Source: Sediminibacterium sp.
Lineage (GTDB): Bacteria > Bacteroidota > Bacteroidia > Chitinophagales > Chitinophagaceae
Direction of reading: 5' to 3'
Assembly: GCA_036734525.1 (NCBI GenBank)
Contig: DAIMYK010000001.1
Coordinates: 1-37,643, forward strand
DNA: 37,643 bases
The position numbers were made by a program, and so were the translations under genes. The notes under the pieces are model-generated. The model worked only from the letters and a program-made list of their open reading frames with translations, ran no database searches and was not told where the DNA came from. This document shows positions 17,309 through 26,832 of the stretch, one piece after another (positions within the stretch are counted from its first letter, which is position 1; each line of letters opens with the position of its first letter).

Positions 17309-17986
17309 TCAGATCAGGTAAAAGCAAGTGAATACAAAAACCCAAACAAGGTCTACAAAGTGCCAGTACAATCCCGCCTTCTCGATCATCAGGTAATGGC
17401 CACGTTTTTCAAAGCTGTTGTTCATCGCCATGATCAACATAATGATATTAATGATAACACCCGAGAATACGTGAAATCCATGGAAACCGGTAATGGTGAA
17501 AAAGTAGTTGGTAAAGTTGGTAGATGAAGCAGTACCATCATGGTTCGGGAAGGGATTGCTTCCCCACCAGGCACCTTCATGATAAAGATGCGTCCACTCC
17601 CAAGCCTGGCAACCTAAGAAGGCAGCACCACCTATAATCGTCATGATCATGTACTTGATCACGCCTTTCTTGTCCATATTGTGACCTGCATGAACAGCCA
17701 GTACCATAGTCACGGAACTGATGATCAGAATGAAGGTCAAGATACTCACGAAAACCAGCGGAGCATGCACCCCTTCCGGTGCAAAAGGAAAACTCTTAAA
17801 TACTTCGTTCGGATCGGGCCATCCATTGGAGGAGAATCGGATGGTTCCATAAGAGATCAGAAAAGCGCCAAAAGTGAAGGCATCACTCATGAGGAAATAC
17901 CACATCATGAGTTTTCCATATTCCACATTAAAGGGACTCTTTCCGCCGCTCCACAATTTGGTGGGTGTTACTGTTGTAGTTGACAT
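17309..17986 (-). CDS. Cytochrome c oxidase subunit III family protein
   Basis: MWYFLMSDAFTF, FFTITGFHGFHV and GLYWHFVDLVWVFVF motifs. Confidence 0.93.
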   Translation of the reverse strand: MSTTTVTPTKLWSGGKSPFNVEYGKLMMWYFLMSDAFTFGAFLISYGTIRFSSNGWPDPNEVFKSFPFAPEGVHAPLVFVSILTFILIISSVTMVLAVHAGHNMDKKGVIKYMIMTIIGGAAFLGCQAWEWTHLYHEGAWWGSNPFPNHDGTASSTNFTNYFFTITGFHGFHVFSGVIINIIMLIMAMNNSFEKRGHYLMIEKAGLYWHFVDLVWVFVFTCFYLI

Positions 17987-18008
17987 GGGGCTATTGAAAA
18001 TTTCGGTA

Positions 18009-18016
18009 CAAATTTA
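18009..18016 (-). promoter_or_regulatory. Candidate internal -7 promoter box (TAAATTTG)
   Basis: Exact TAnnTTTG on the minus strand, 22 nt upstream of the ATG at 17986. Confidence 0.45.
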
Positions 18017-18063
18017 TTAGGTGTTGAGCAAAAACAGGCATTTATGTTGAACTTTTTCTTCAT

Positions 18064-18636
18064 CTAACCTACTGATAAATAGAATAGGAATAAATAAATC
18101 CATAATACGTCTACAAAGTGCCAGTAAATACCTGCCAGTTCGATTGGCAAAGGGCTGTAATTCTTTGTTTTACTGCTGTAAACGCCTACAAGCAATACGA
18201 TCAGGGCAATCACACCGCCCAGCACATGCAACATGTGCATGCCGGTAATTACCAGCAAATAGGAGGCGGCAGAGTTGCTGCGCTGTCCGATCAGCTGAAT
18301 ACCATCTTTTTCCAGCTGCCAGAACCCTGTTAGCTGACAAACAATGAAGATAAGTCCCAAAACTGCCGTTACCGTTATCAATTGTCGATAACGGAGCATT
18401 TCTCTGGCTTTGAATGCTTTCCCGGCCAGGTGCAGGGTCAAACTGCTGGCGAGAATTACTGCAGTACTCAGCCAAAAGATTTTGGGGAGACTGAATTTGA
18501 GCCAGCTGCCTTCATTCATTTTAACAATATAGGCACTGGTAAAACCGGCAAACATCATCACAATGCTGGCCATGGCTACCCACAGCGTGAACTTTTTGGG
18601 ATGAATGCGGGAAGAAGCGACAGTTGTAGTATTCAT
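18064..18636 (-). CDS. Cytochrome c oxidase subunit III family protein (second, shorter homolog)
   Basis: SIVMMFAGFTSAY, TGMHMLHVLGG and YWHFVDVLW motifs. Confidence 0.9.
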   Translation of the reverse strand: MNTTTVASSRIHPKKFTLWVAMASIVMMFAGFTSAYIVKMNEGSWLKFSLPKIFWLSTAVILASSLTLHLAGKAFKAREMLRYRQLITVTAVLGLIFIVCQLTGFWQLEKDGIQLIGQRSNSAASYLLVITGMHMLHVLGGVIALIVLLVGVYSSKTKNYSPLPIELAGIYWHFVDVLWIYLFLFYLSVG

Positions 18637-18655
18637 ACGATTATCTGCTTTGAAT

Positions 18656-19621
18656 TCAATTGACTTTATCTGCCAGCAATGCCAGCAGCACTACCGGGAG
18701 ATAGATATAGCTGCTAAACATCACCCGTCTGGCTGCGGGTACATCCATACTGATATAGAGACGCATACTTTGGAAAACCATGAACAAGTTGGCAGCCACC
18801 AAGACCCACATGCTCACATAACCGGTGAGACCGAAATAATAGGGCAAGATACCAACCGGAATCATCAATACTGAATACATCACTGCCTGAAGGGCTGTGA
18901 AACGTGTGGGGCCCTTATCGGCAGGCAGCAATTTGAATCCGGCTTTGCTGTAATCTCCATGTGCCACCCATGCTATTGCCCAGAAATGGGGGAATTGCCA
19001 AAGAAATTGTATGGCAAACAAGATCCATCCACCAGCATTCGTAAAGGTTTTATCGCCGACTGCAATGGTTGCAAATGGATCGATTGTATTAGTTGCAGCC
19101 ACCCAACCTATCAAACACGGTAAAGCGCCAGGGAAGGCACCTACCAACACAGCGATGGAGTTGATTTTTTTTAGCGGCGTATAAATAAAGGCATAAAGGA
19201 ACAAGCTGAATGCCGATAAAAGGGCGGCACTCCAATTGAAGGCATGTGCTTCGTCCCGGAAGAAATAGCCAATGATCAGGATGCCTGTACCCCCTGCGAT
19301 TGCAGCAAAAGCGTAGGCTTCCTGTTGTGTCATCCTGCCCGCAGCCACCGGTCTGGATGCAGTTCGCTTCATCATGGCATCCGTGTCTTTTTCCTGTGCC
19401 TGGTTGATAGCATTGGCACTTCCTGTAATCAACATGCCAGACAAGAAAAGCCAGGCAATCATCGTCCAATTAAAATGAATAATATTGGGAGCCAGGAGAT
19501 AACAAATAACACAGGAAAAAACTACCGTAAAACTCAGGGTGAATTTGGTAAGCTGGAAATAGTCCCGCCATTTGCTTGGCTTTTCGTTGCCTGTAAGATT
19601 ATCGGTGGCGGTTGTATTCAT
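18656..19621 (-). CDS. cyoE: Protoheme IX farnesyltransferase (heme O synthase)
   Basis: NQAQEKDTDAMMKRTASRP, YTPLK and WQFPHFWAIAW...DY motifs. Confidence 0.95.
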   Translation of the reverse strand: MNTTATDNLTGNEKPSKWRDYFQLTKFTLSFTVVFSCVICYLLAPNIIHFNWTMIAWLFLSGMLITGSANAINQAQEKDTDAMMKRTASRPVAAGRMTQQEAYAFAAIAGGTGILIIGYFFRDEAHAFNWSAALLSAFSLFLYAFIYTPLKKINSIAVLVGAFPGALPCLIGWVAATNTIDPFATIAVGDKTFTNAGGWILFAIQFLWQFPHFWAIAWVAHGDYSKAGFKLLPADKGPTRFTALQAVMYSVLMIPVGILPYYFGLTGYVSMWVLVAANLFMVFQSMRLYISMDVPAARRVMFSSYIYLPVVLLALLADKVN

Positions 19622-19702
19622 TTAACAATAGTTGTTGCTTGAAAAACGGTTTGTGAAGGACTTGCTGTAACAACAATGTCCGACAGGTTTTGTTCTTAAC
19701 AA

Positions 19703-19730
19703 CAATGCTCCCATGGGTGAGGGAGCATTG
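19703..19730. other. Intercistronic 10-bp hairpin between subunit I and cyoE
   Basis: Perfect stem CAATGCTCCC-ATGGGTGA-GGGAGCATTG. Confidence 0.6.
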
Positions 19731-19785
19731 CCTGGTTTATCCTATGTTCCGGTTAGGCAAAGCCGATTTACCGGAGATATTTTTA

Positions 19786-21603
19786 TCAATGATGGCTTTC
19801 GTCAGCTCCCACCGGAGTGGTCTGCGAAATGAACTCCTTACCATCTTTACCATAATCATACGGCCAGCGGTGAACCTCAGGTATTTCGCCGGGCCAGTTA
19901 CCATGTCCGGGACGAAGCGGTGTAGTCCACTCGAGTGTATTAGATCCCCATGGATTCAAGCTGGTTACCTTACGTCCCTTAAAGATGGAATAGAAGAAGT
20001 TAATCAGGAACAGTAATTGTGCAGCAAATACAATCATGGCAACAGTACTGATGAAGCGATTGAGCTCTGCAAACTGCTTGAAACTTTCCCAGATGCTGTA
20101 ATCATAATAACGTCTTGGCATACCCGCGAGACCCTCATAGTGCATGGGCCAGAAAATCATATAAGCACCTGCAATAGTGATCCAGAAGTGCATGTAGCCA
20201 AGCGTATTGTTCATGTAACGGCCATACATTTTAGGATACCAGTGATAGATACCGGCAAACATACCGAACATGGAAGCCACACCCATTACTATGTGGAAGT
20301 GGGCGATTACGAAATAAGTATCATGCAGGTGAATATCAATCGCTGAATTACCCAGCCAGATACCGGTCAATCCTCCAGAAATAAACAGGCTCACAAAGCC
20401 GATTGCAAACAACATACCGGGCGTAAAACGGATGCTTCCTCTCCAGAGTGTAGTCAACCAGTTGAAAACTTTGATGGCAGATGGAACTGCAATCAAGAGA
20501 GTAAGGAGTACGAAAATTGATCCCAGCAATGGGTTTAATCCTGTCACGAACATGTGGTGAGCCCAAACCAGGAAAGCCAGAATAGCAATAGCAAACAAAG
20601 AACCCACCATCGCGATATAACCGAAAATTGGTTTTCTTGAATTCACTGAAAGAATCTCAGACACCATACCCATAGCAGGTAACAGAATAATGTATACTTC
20701 AGGGTGACCGAGGAACCAGAACAAGTGCTGGAAAAGAATGGCACTTCCGCCCTCGTTGGGCAATGCACCTACTCCATTCACGAAAATATCAGACAAATAG
20801 AAGCTGGTTCCAAAGTTGCGGTCGAAGATCAGAAGGATGAAACCGGACAGCAATACAGGGAAAGAAAGTACTCCCAATACTGCTGTAAAGAAAAGCGCCC
20901 AGATAGTCAATGGAAGACGCGTCATGCTCATTCCTTTGGTACGCATATTCAGGATGGTTGCAATGTAGTTCAACCCACCCAAGAGTGAAGACACTACGAA
21001 TAAAGCCATAGAGATAATCCACAGATCCATACCTGTTTTGGATCCGGGTGAGGCATCACCCAATGCGCTGAGGGGTGGGTATGCTGTCCAGCCACCACTG
21101 AAGGGGCCGGTCTCTACAAACAAAGAAGACAACATAACAATGCTCGCAATAAAAAAGAACCAGTAGCTGAGCATGTTCAGGAAAGGAGAAGCCATGTCGC
21201 GGGCACCTACTTGCAAAGGAATAAGGAAGTTGGCAAAAGTACCACTCAAGCCGGCAGTCAATACAAAGAATACCAATACTGTTCCGTGAGTAGTTACAAG
21301 AGCATAATAAGCTTCGGGAGTGATACGACCTCCTTTAGCCCATTTACCCAGGATTGTTTCAAGCCAGGGATATGCATCTTCGGGATATCCCAACTGGAAA
21401 CGGAACAGAACACTCATCAATCCGCCCAATACGGCCCAGAACATACCTGTTATCAGGAACTGCTTGGCGATCATCTTATGATCCTGACTGAAAATGTACT
21501 TGGTAATGAAGGTCTCGTGGTGCTCATGGTGCTCGTGATGGCCGTGATCATCATGATGAACTGCCACCGCCCCTGCTGCCTGTGTCTCTGCTACGTGACT
21601 CAT
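19786..21603 (-). CDS. ctaD: Cytochrome c oxidase subunit I (A1-type heme-copper oxidase)
   Basis: DHKMI, THG, GWTAYPPL, FWFLGHPEVYI, WAHHM, HDTYFVIAHFH and GMPRR motifs. Confidence 0.97.
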   Translation of the reverse strand: MSHVAETQAAGAVAVHHDDHGHHEHHEHHETFITKYIFSQDHKMIAKQFLITGMFWAVLGGLMSVLFRFQLGYPEDAYPWLETILGKWAKGGRITPEAYYALVTTHGTVLVFFVLTAGLSGTFANFLIPLQVGARDMASPFLNMLSYWFFFIASIVMLSSLFVETGPFSGGWTAYPPLSALGDASPGSKTGMDLWIISMALFVVSSLLGGLNYIATILNMRTKGMSMTRLPLTIWALFFTAVLGVLSFPVLLSGFILLIFDRNFGTSFYLSDIFVNGVGALPNEGGSAILFQHLFWFLGHPEVYIILLPAMGMVSEILSVNSRKPIFGYIAMVGSLFAIAILAFLVWAHHMFVTGLNPLLGSIFVLLTLLIAVPSAIKVFNWLTTLWRGSIRFTPGMLFAIGFVSLFISGGLTGIWLGNSAIDIHLHDTYFVIAHFHIVMGVASMFGMFAGIYHWYPKMYGRYMNNTLGYMHFWITIAGAYMIFWPMHYEGLAGMPRRYYDYSIWESFKQFAELNRFISTVAMIVFAAQLLFLINFFYSIFKGRKVTSLNPWGSNTLEWTTPLRPGHGNWPGEIPEVHRWPYDYGKDGKEFISQTTPVGADESHH

Positions 21604-21659
21604 AAGTGTATGCTTTTGTGATTTCTGTTAATGCTTTATTCTTCTTTATTCTTTCAATA

Positions 21660-22730
21660 TTACATCTGAGCTTTATCCTTGTTGCCTGATTTTGCCATGC
21701 TGATTACAGATTTAACAGAATCTGCAACAGGTTTAACAGAAGGATCCTTATCCGGAAAATTTACCAGATACTGAGGTTTTTGCTTGGCCATCCAAAGATC
21801 ATATTCCTCCTGTTCCACCACTTCAATATTTCCTTTCATAGAGTAATGGCCGTTTCCACACATTTGGTCACAACTGATTTCATAGGCGAAATTCGGATTA
21901 CCAGTCATTTCTTTCATCTCCTTGGTGGTGTATTTAGGTGTGAACCACAAGGTAGTAGGAATACCGGGTACAGCATCCATCTTCATCCGGAAATGAGATA
22001 AGCCCACATCATGTATAACATCCCTGGATCCAATTACCAGTTTCACCGGCTTACCTTTAACTAAGTACATAGTTTGTTCAGTCACCACGTCATCATGGCT
22101 CAACTGATCTTCCCATATAATGCCCAAACTATTGGTGGCTGGGTCGATGTTCTTGTAGTATTTTTTTCCGAAAGAAGCATCTTTTCCGGGATAACGATAA
22201 ATCCATCCAAACTGCTTACCTGTGATCTCAACGACCATTGCTTCTCTTGGAGCCTCTCCGGTAAATAAGAACCAGTTGCGCAAACCAATACCAATGAGTA
22301 CCATCAGCACCAAGGCAGGTATGATGGTCCAGATGAATTCAAGTTTGGTATTGTGGGGGAAGAAAAATACTTTGTTGTCATCATTTTGCTGGTACTTGTA
22401 TGAGAAGTAGAACAAAATAATTTGAGTTATGATGAAAACAATACCGGTTACTGCAATGGTAAGCCACATCATAGAATCTACGCGCTCGCCCTCAACACTG
22501 GCAGATTCCTGCGCAAGCAGTGTTTGTCCGAAATAAACTTCATTACAATACCAAACACCCAACAAACCCAATACGAGGAAAACAATCATTAGCCAGGCAT
22601 TGATCTTGTTGCTTTGCCTTAAGCCCTTTTGTTCGCCTCTCAGCAGGGTTACATACTCACTCGCCTTGGCTATCTGGAAGATAATGATGAAGATCAGGGC
22701 GATGACAGCGGTTGTAAAGAGAATAGACAT
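21660..22730 (-). CDS. ctaC: Cytochrome c oxidase subunit II (CuA)
   Basis: LEFIWTIIP, SRDVIH and CDQMCGNGHYSM CuA ligands. Confidence 0.95.
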   Translation of the reverse strand: MSILFTTAVIALIFIIIFQIAKASEYVTLLRGEQKGLRQSNKINAWLMIVFLVLGLLGVWYCNEVYFGQTLLAQESASVEGERVDSMMWLTIAVTGIVFIITQIILFYFSYKYQQNDDNKVFFFPHNTKLEFIWTIIPALVLMVLIGIGLRNWFLFTGEAPREAMVVEITGKQFGWIYRYPGKDASFGKKYYKNIDPATNSLGIIWEDQLSHDDVVTEQTMYLVKGKPVKLVIGSRDVIHDVGLSHFRMKMDAVPGIPTTLWFTPKYTTKEMKEMTGNPNFAYEISCDQMCGNGHYSMKGNIEVVEQEEYDLWMAKQKPQYLVNFPDKDPSVKPVADSVKSVISMAKSGNKDKAQM

Positions 22731-22769
22731 ATATAATTCAGTTATTGCTTTTGAATAGGATAAGTTCTT

Positions 22770-23999
22770 TTATACCTGATGAATGATACTTTCTTTGAGG
22801 AAAGGGTGGTACTTCGGAACCAGTGGTTTGGATGCCAGTGAACGGCTTGTCATGAAAATCATTGTACCCACAAAGAATGCCAGGATTCCAAAATCGAGCC
22901 AGCCAAGGGTAACATGATCTTTCGACAAACTGCCCATCACCATCTGATAAAAGTCAATCCAATGTCCAAAGATGATTAAAACTGCCATAAAAGTTACCAG
23001 TGTGTAATTTCTCTTCGCAGAACGCTTCATGAGAATCAACAAGGGACAAATAAAGTTGATGATCAGATTCAGGAAGAAAATTCCTTTGTAAGGACCTTGA
23101 ACACGGTGCTTGAAGTAAACAGTTTCTTCAGGGATGTTGGCATACCAAATCAACATGTATTGTGAGAACCACAAATAGGTCCAGAAGATAGAGAATGCGA
23201 ACATGAATTTTCCAATATCGTGCAGGTGTTCCTGTGAAGTCAGTTCGAGGTAACCTTTGTTTTTCAAATAGATTACCCAAAGGGCAACCAAAGACATACC
23301 TGATACGAATGAACTGGCGAAAGTGTACCAGCTATACATAGTAGAGTACCAGTGTGCATCTATGCTCATCATCCAGAGCCAGGGTACAGCAGATCCAACA
23401 GTTAATGCAAACCAAACCAGGAAGAGTGCAGCGCGAACTGTACCGCGATAAATATAACGGGCACCTGATTCCTGTGTGAACGGAGCCTCATCCGCCTCGC
23501 GGCTAATTTGGCGCATTCTCCAGCCAAGCAAGCTCCACAAGCCGATGGTCAAAGTGGTCCATATCACAAAGAAATTCGGATTCAAAAATCCTTTTTTTCC
23601 TCTGAGTATTGGATCATTGGCAACTGCTTCTGAATCGAGCCAGTGGTAGATATGGTGTTTGTGTCCGAGTACAACATAGAGAAGAACTGCAAACGTAATC
23701 GTTCCAAAGACTGGAACAAGGGTAGAAATGGCTTCAGGAATGCGGCGGAAAGATTGCTGCCAGCCACCCATGGCCAAGGTTGTGATGCAAATAAAGAACA
23801 TGCTGGCATTGCAAATCAGTGTCCAGAAGATGGTATTGTACATTAATGTTCCCCAAAAATGAACCTGCTCGTGCTCATCTTTGCTGAAGCCCTTGGTGAA
23901 CATGCCGTACAGCAGTGCAGCACCGCCGATGCCGATCAATGCCAACGACCATGTTTTCATTTTACCGGGGATCTCAAATTGGTCTCTGATAGATGCCAT
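22770..23999 (-). CDS. actF: Alternative complex III membrane subunit ActF
   Basis: Polytopic protein with MSIDAHWYST, HLHDIGK and FSQYMLIWYANIPEE. Positioned after actE. Confidence 0.9.
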   Translation of the reverse strand: MASIRDQFEIPGKMKTWSLALIGIGGAALLYGMFTKGFSKDEHEQVHFWGTLMYNTIFWTLICNASMFFICITTLAMGGWQQSFRRIPEAISTLVPVFGTITFAVLLYVVLGHKHHIYHWLDSEAVANDPILRGKKGFLNPNFFVIWTTLTIGLWSLLGWRMRQISREADEAPFTQESGARYIYRGTVRAALFLVWFALTVGSAVPWLWMMSIDAHWYSTMYSWYTFASSFVSGMSLVALWVIYLKNKGYLELTSQEHLHDIGKFMFAFSIFWTYLWFSQYMLIWYANIPEETVYFKHRVQGPYKGIFFLNLIINFICPLLILMKRSAKRNYTLVTFMAVLIIFGHWIDFYQMVMGSLSKDHVTLGWLDFGILAFFVGTMIFMTSRSLASKPLVPKYHPFLKESIIHQV

Positions 24000-24054
24000 T
24001 GTATTTCTTTTATTCGTTTATCTCATTTGCCGTTACCGGCATAAAAGTCTTGTA

Positions 24055-24675
24055 CTATTTTTTTGCGGTTGTATCTGTTGCAGCTGCTTTTCCTTCCTGC
24101 TGCTTGTCTTTTATGTAGCGGATTACCATCCAGCGTTGCTTTCTGCTCAACTGAGAAGCATAAGAACCCATGAGGTTCTTACCGTAAGTGAGCGAATAGA
24201 ACATTTGTCCATCAGGCATTGCTTCATATTTCGCATCACCTACCAAGGAGGCGGGCTTTGCGGGATAAGGTCCGGCACCATCTTTATACAAAGGGCCATT
24301 CCCCTTGAGATTGGCTCCATGACAGATACCACAATTGATGAGGTACAGGCGCTCTGCCTCCTTTGTTTCATCTGCTGATAATGAAACAATCGGATTTTTT
24401 ACCGCCTTGGATGCTGTATAATTAGTGGTATCACCTGCTGCATCCATCGGAATATGGAAGGGCAGATCTTCGCCGCGGGCAATGGTACCTGCCACAGTCG
24501 TTCCGGTATAATTGATGTTCTTCTGAGCCAGATTGCTGTAATCAGCATAAGACTCGTAAGCACGACTGTACGCCATATCGGGCATATATACTGAACCGGG
24601 CTGGCGCTTTACGTCACTGCAGGAAACCAGCACAAGAGCAGAAGCCAGCAGCAGAAAGGAAATGTTTTTACTCAT
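24055..24675 (-). CDS. actE: Alternative complex III monoheme cytochrome c lipoprotein ActE
   Basis: Lipobox LVSC, YMPDMAYS, one CxxCH (CGICH) and distal Met (GKNLMGSYA). Confidence 0.9.
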   Translation of the reverse strand: MSKNISFLLLASALVLVSCSDVKRQPGSVYMPDMAYSRAYESYADYSNLAQKNINYTGTTVAGTIARGEDLPFHIPMDAAGDTTNYTASKAVKNPIVSLSADETKEAERLYLINCGICHGANLKGNGPLYKDGAGPYPAKPASLVGDAKYEAMPDGQMFYSLTYGKNLMGSYASQLSRKQRWMVIRYIKDKQQEGKAAATDTTAKK

Positions 24676-24692
24676 CGTTCAATTATTCGGGA

Positions 24693-25283
24693 TTAAGCAA
24701 CAACAGTATTGCTGTGTTCTAAATTTTTTTCTTCCATGTCATAGGTCCCCAGCCACCAACCGGTTTCTGCTACCTGTACATTGATTTCAATGGCACCATT
24801 GGATGCCAGGAAGGCCTGTAAATCTTCTACATTGGTCTTGTCTGTGCACTCGATTGCCATCACAAACAAATCATCTGTTGCACGGGGATGAAAATGATGC
24901 TTGCGCACAAACGGAGCCAACTGACAGAGATAGCAGAAAGTAAGTACCATACCGACTGCAGCAAACAATACAGTCAACTCAAATGTCACCGGAATCCAGG
25001 CTGGCAGGGAGAAATTTGGTTTACCGCCAAAGTTCAGTGGCCAGTCCTTCACCAGGATCCAACTAATTCCACCCAATGCAGTAGATGTTCCGGTAATGCC
25101 GTAAATGAAGCCGGCAGTGTGCAGACTGGTTTCGCGCAGACCCAAGGCATGATCAAGACCATGCACTGCAAAAGGTGTATATACATCATGGATCTTGTAG
25201 CCGGCTGCCCGTACCTTTTTAACGGCCGGAAAAAGCACCGCTTCTTCATCGAAACAACCTACAACGAATTTCTTTTTTGCCAT
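24693..25283 (-). CDS. actD: Alternative complex III subunit ActD (DUF3341)
   Basis: DVYTPFAVHGLD, DWPLNFGGKP and PVTFELTVL motifs. Confidence 0.9.
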   Translation of the reverse strand: MAKKKFVVGCFDEEAVLFPAVKKVRAAGYKIHDVYTPFAVHGLDHALGLRETSLHTAGFIYGITGTSTALGGISWILVKDWPLNFGGKPNFSLPAWIPVTFELTVLFAAVGMVLTFCYLCQLAPFVRKHHFHPRATDDLFVMAIECTDKTNVEDLQAFLASNGAIEINVQVAETGWWLGTYDMEEKNLEHSNTVVA

Positions 25284-25320
25284 ATCTAGTTTCCCTATCG
25301 GGAAGTTTAGTGATTAGTAA

Positions 25321-26766
25321 TTAGTGTGCGTGTGCATTGTCGTGAATAAATTCATCTAATTTCTGGTCTTCAATCTTACTCATCTTATTTTTAAATCCTT
25401 CACCGGATGTTTTCAGCACATATTTAATCTCCGCAACGGCAATTACAGGGAAGTATTTGGCGAAAAGGAAGAAACAAGTGAAGAACAATCCGAATGTACC
25501 CAGGTAGAAACCTATTTCCCAAATGGTCGGGCTATAATAAACAGACCAGCTGGAGGGGAGATAATCTCTGTACAAAGAGGTAACAATGATCACAAAGCGC
25601 TCAAACCACATACCAATATTCACGATGATACTCATGAAGAATGTCACAAAAATATTTCTGCGCATTTTTCTGAACCAGAAGATCTGCGGACTCAACACGT
25701 TGCAAGCCATCATGCCCCAGTAACTCCATCCGTAAGGACTGAACAAATTCGCACGGCTGTACCAGAAAGTGTATCCCTCATATTTATTCTGGCTGTACCA
25801 GCCCATGAATAATTCAGTGAGGTAGGCAATACCCACAATCGATCCGGTCAATACAATAATCTTATTCATTGCCTCAATGTGACCCAGTGTGATGTAGTCC
25901 TCCATACCGAAAACTTTGCGGGTGATCACCATCAGGGACTGCACCATGGCAAATCCGGAGAAGATGGCACCGGCCACGAAATAGGGAGGGAAGATAGTGG
26001 TATGCCAACCGGGAACTACTGAAGTAGCGAAGTCGAAAGATACGATGGTGTGTACGGAAAGTACCAGCGGAGTACTCAAGCCGGCAAGTACCAGCGAAAG
26101 ACTCTCATGGCGCTGCCAATGCTTAGTAGAACCTGTCCATCCAAATGAAGCAATACCATATAATTTCTTTCTCAAAGAAGTAAAGGCACGGTCTCTTACC
26201 GTAGCCAGATCTGGAATCTGACCACTGTACCAGAACAAGAGAGAAACGGTGAAGTAAGTAGAGATGGCGAATACGTCCCACAACAAGGGAGAGTTGAAAT
26301 TCACCCACAAAGGTCCGCGGGTATTGGGGTAAGGCAGTACGAAGAAAGCCATCCACACACGACCCATGTGCCAGATAGGGAACTGACCGGCACACATTAC
26401 AGCGAAGATGGTCATGGCTTCCGCAGCGCGGTTAACCCCTGTTCTCCAACCCTGACGAAACAGCAACAAGATCGCAGAGATCAGTGTTCCGGCGTGACCA
26501 ATACCAACCCACCATACGAAGTTGGTAATGTCCCAACCCCATCCAATGGTCTTATTCAGGTTCCACTGACCAATACCATAGGTAACATCCCGGTAAATGG
26601 AATAAATACCAAACATGAGCAGTGCTACTGCTATGAAAAATCCGATGTACCAAAGTTTGCTGGGCTTGGCCTCAATGGGTCGAACGATGTCTTCCGTTAC
26701 CTGGTGAAAATCTTTTTCACCCATCACCAGTGGTTCCCTGAGTTGCGATTCGTACTTTAAATGCAT
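25321..26766 (-). CDS. actC: Alternative complex III quinol-binding subunit ActC (NrfD/PsrC family)
   Basis: WGWDITNFVWWVGIGHAGTLISAIL, SPLLWDVFA, WHTTIFPPYFVAGAIFSG and GMWFERF motifs. Confidence 0.94.
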   Translation of the reverse strand: MHLKYESQLREPLVMGEKDFHQVTEDIVRPIEAKPSKLWYIGFFIAVALLMFGIYSIYRDVTYGIGQWNLNKTIGWGWDITNFVWWVGIGHAGTLISAILLLFRQGWRTGVNRAAEAMTIFAVMCAGQFPIWHMGRVWMAFFVLPYPNTRGPLWVNFNSPLLWDVFAISTYFTVSLLFWYSGQIPDLATVRDRAFTSLRKKLYGIASFGWTGSTKHWQRHESLSLVLAGLSTPLVLSVHTIVSFDFATSVVPGWHTTIFPPYFVAGAIFSGFAMVQSLMVITRKVFGMEDYITLGHIEAMNKIIVLTGSIVGIAYLTELFMGWYSQNKYEGYTFWYSRANLFSPYGWSYWGMMACNVLSPQIFWFRKMRRNIFVTFFMSIIVNIGMWFERFVIIVTSLYRDYLPSSWSVYYSPTIWEIGFYLGTFGLFFTCFFLFAKYFPVIAVAEIKYVLKTSGEGFKNKMSKIEDQKLDEFIHDNAHAH

Positions 26767-26832
26767 TGCCTTTTTTTTATAGTTCCGGTTTGTTTTCTGA
26801 TTGCCTTGCAGCTTTTTTCTTCAATCCGGTTA

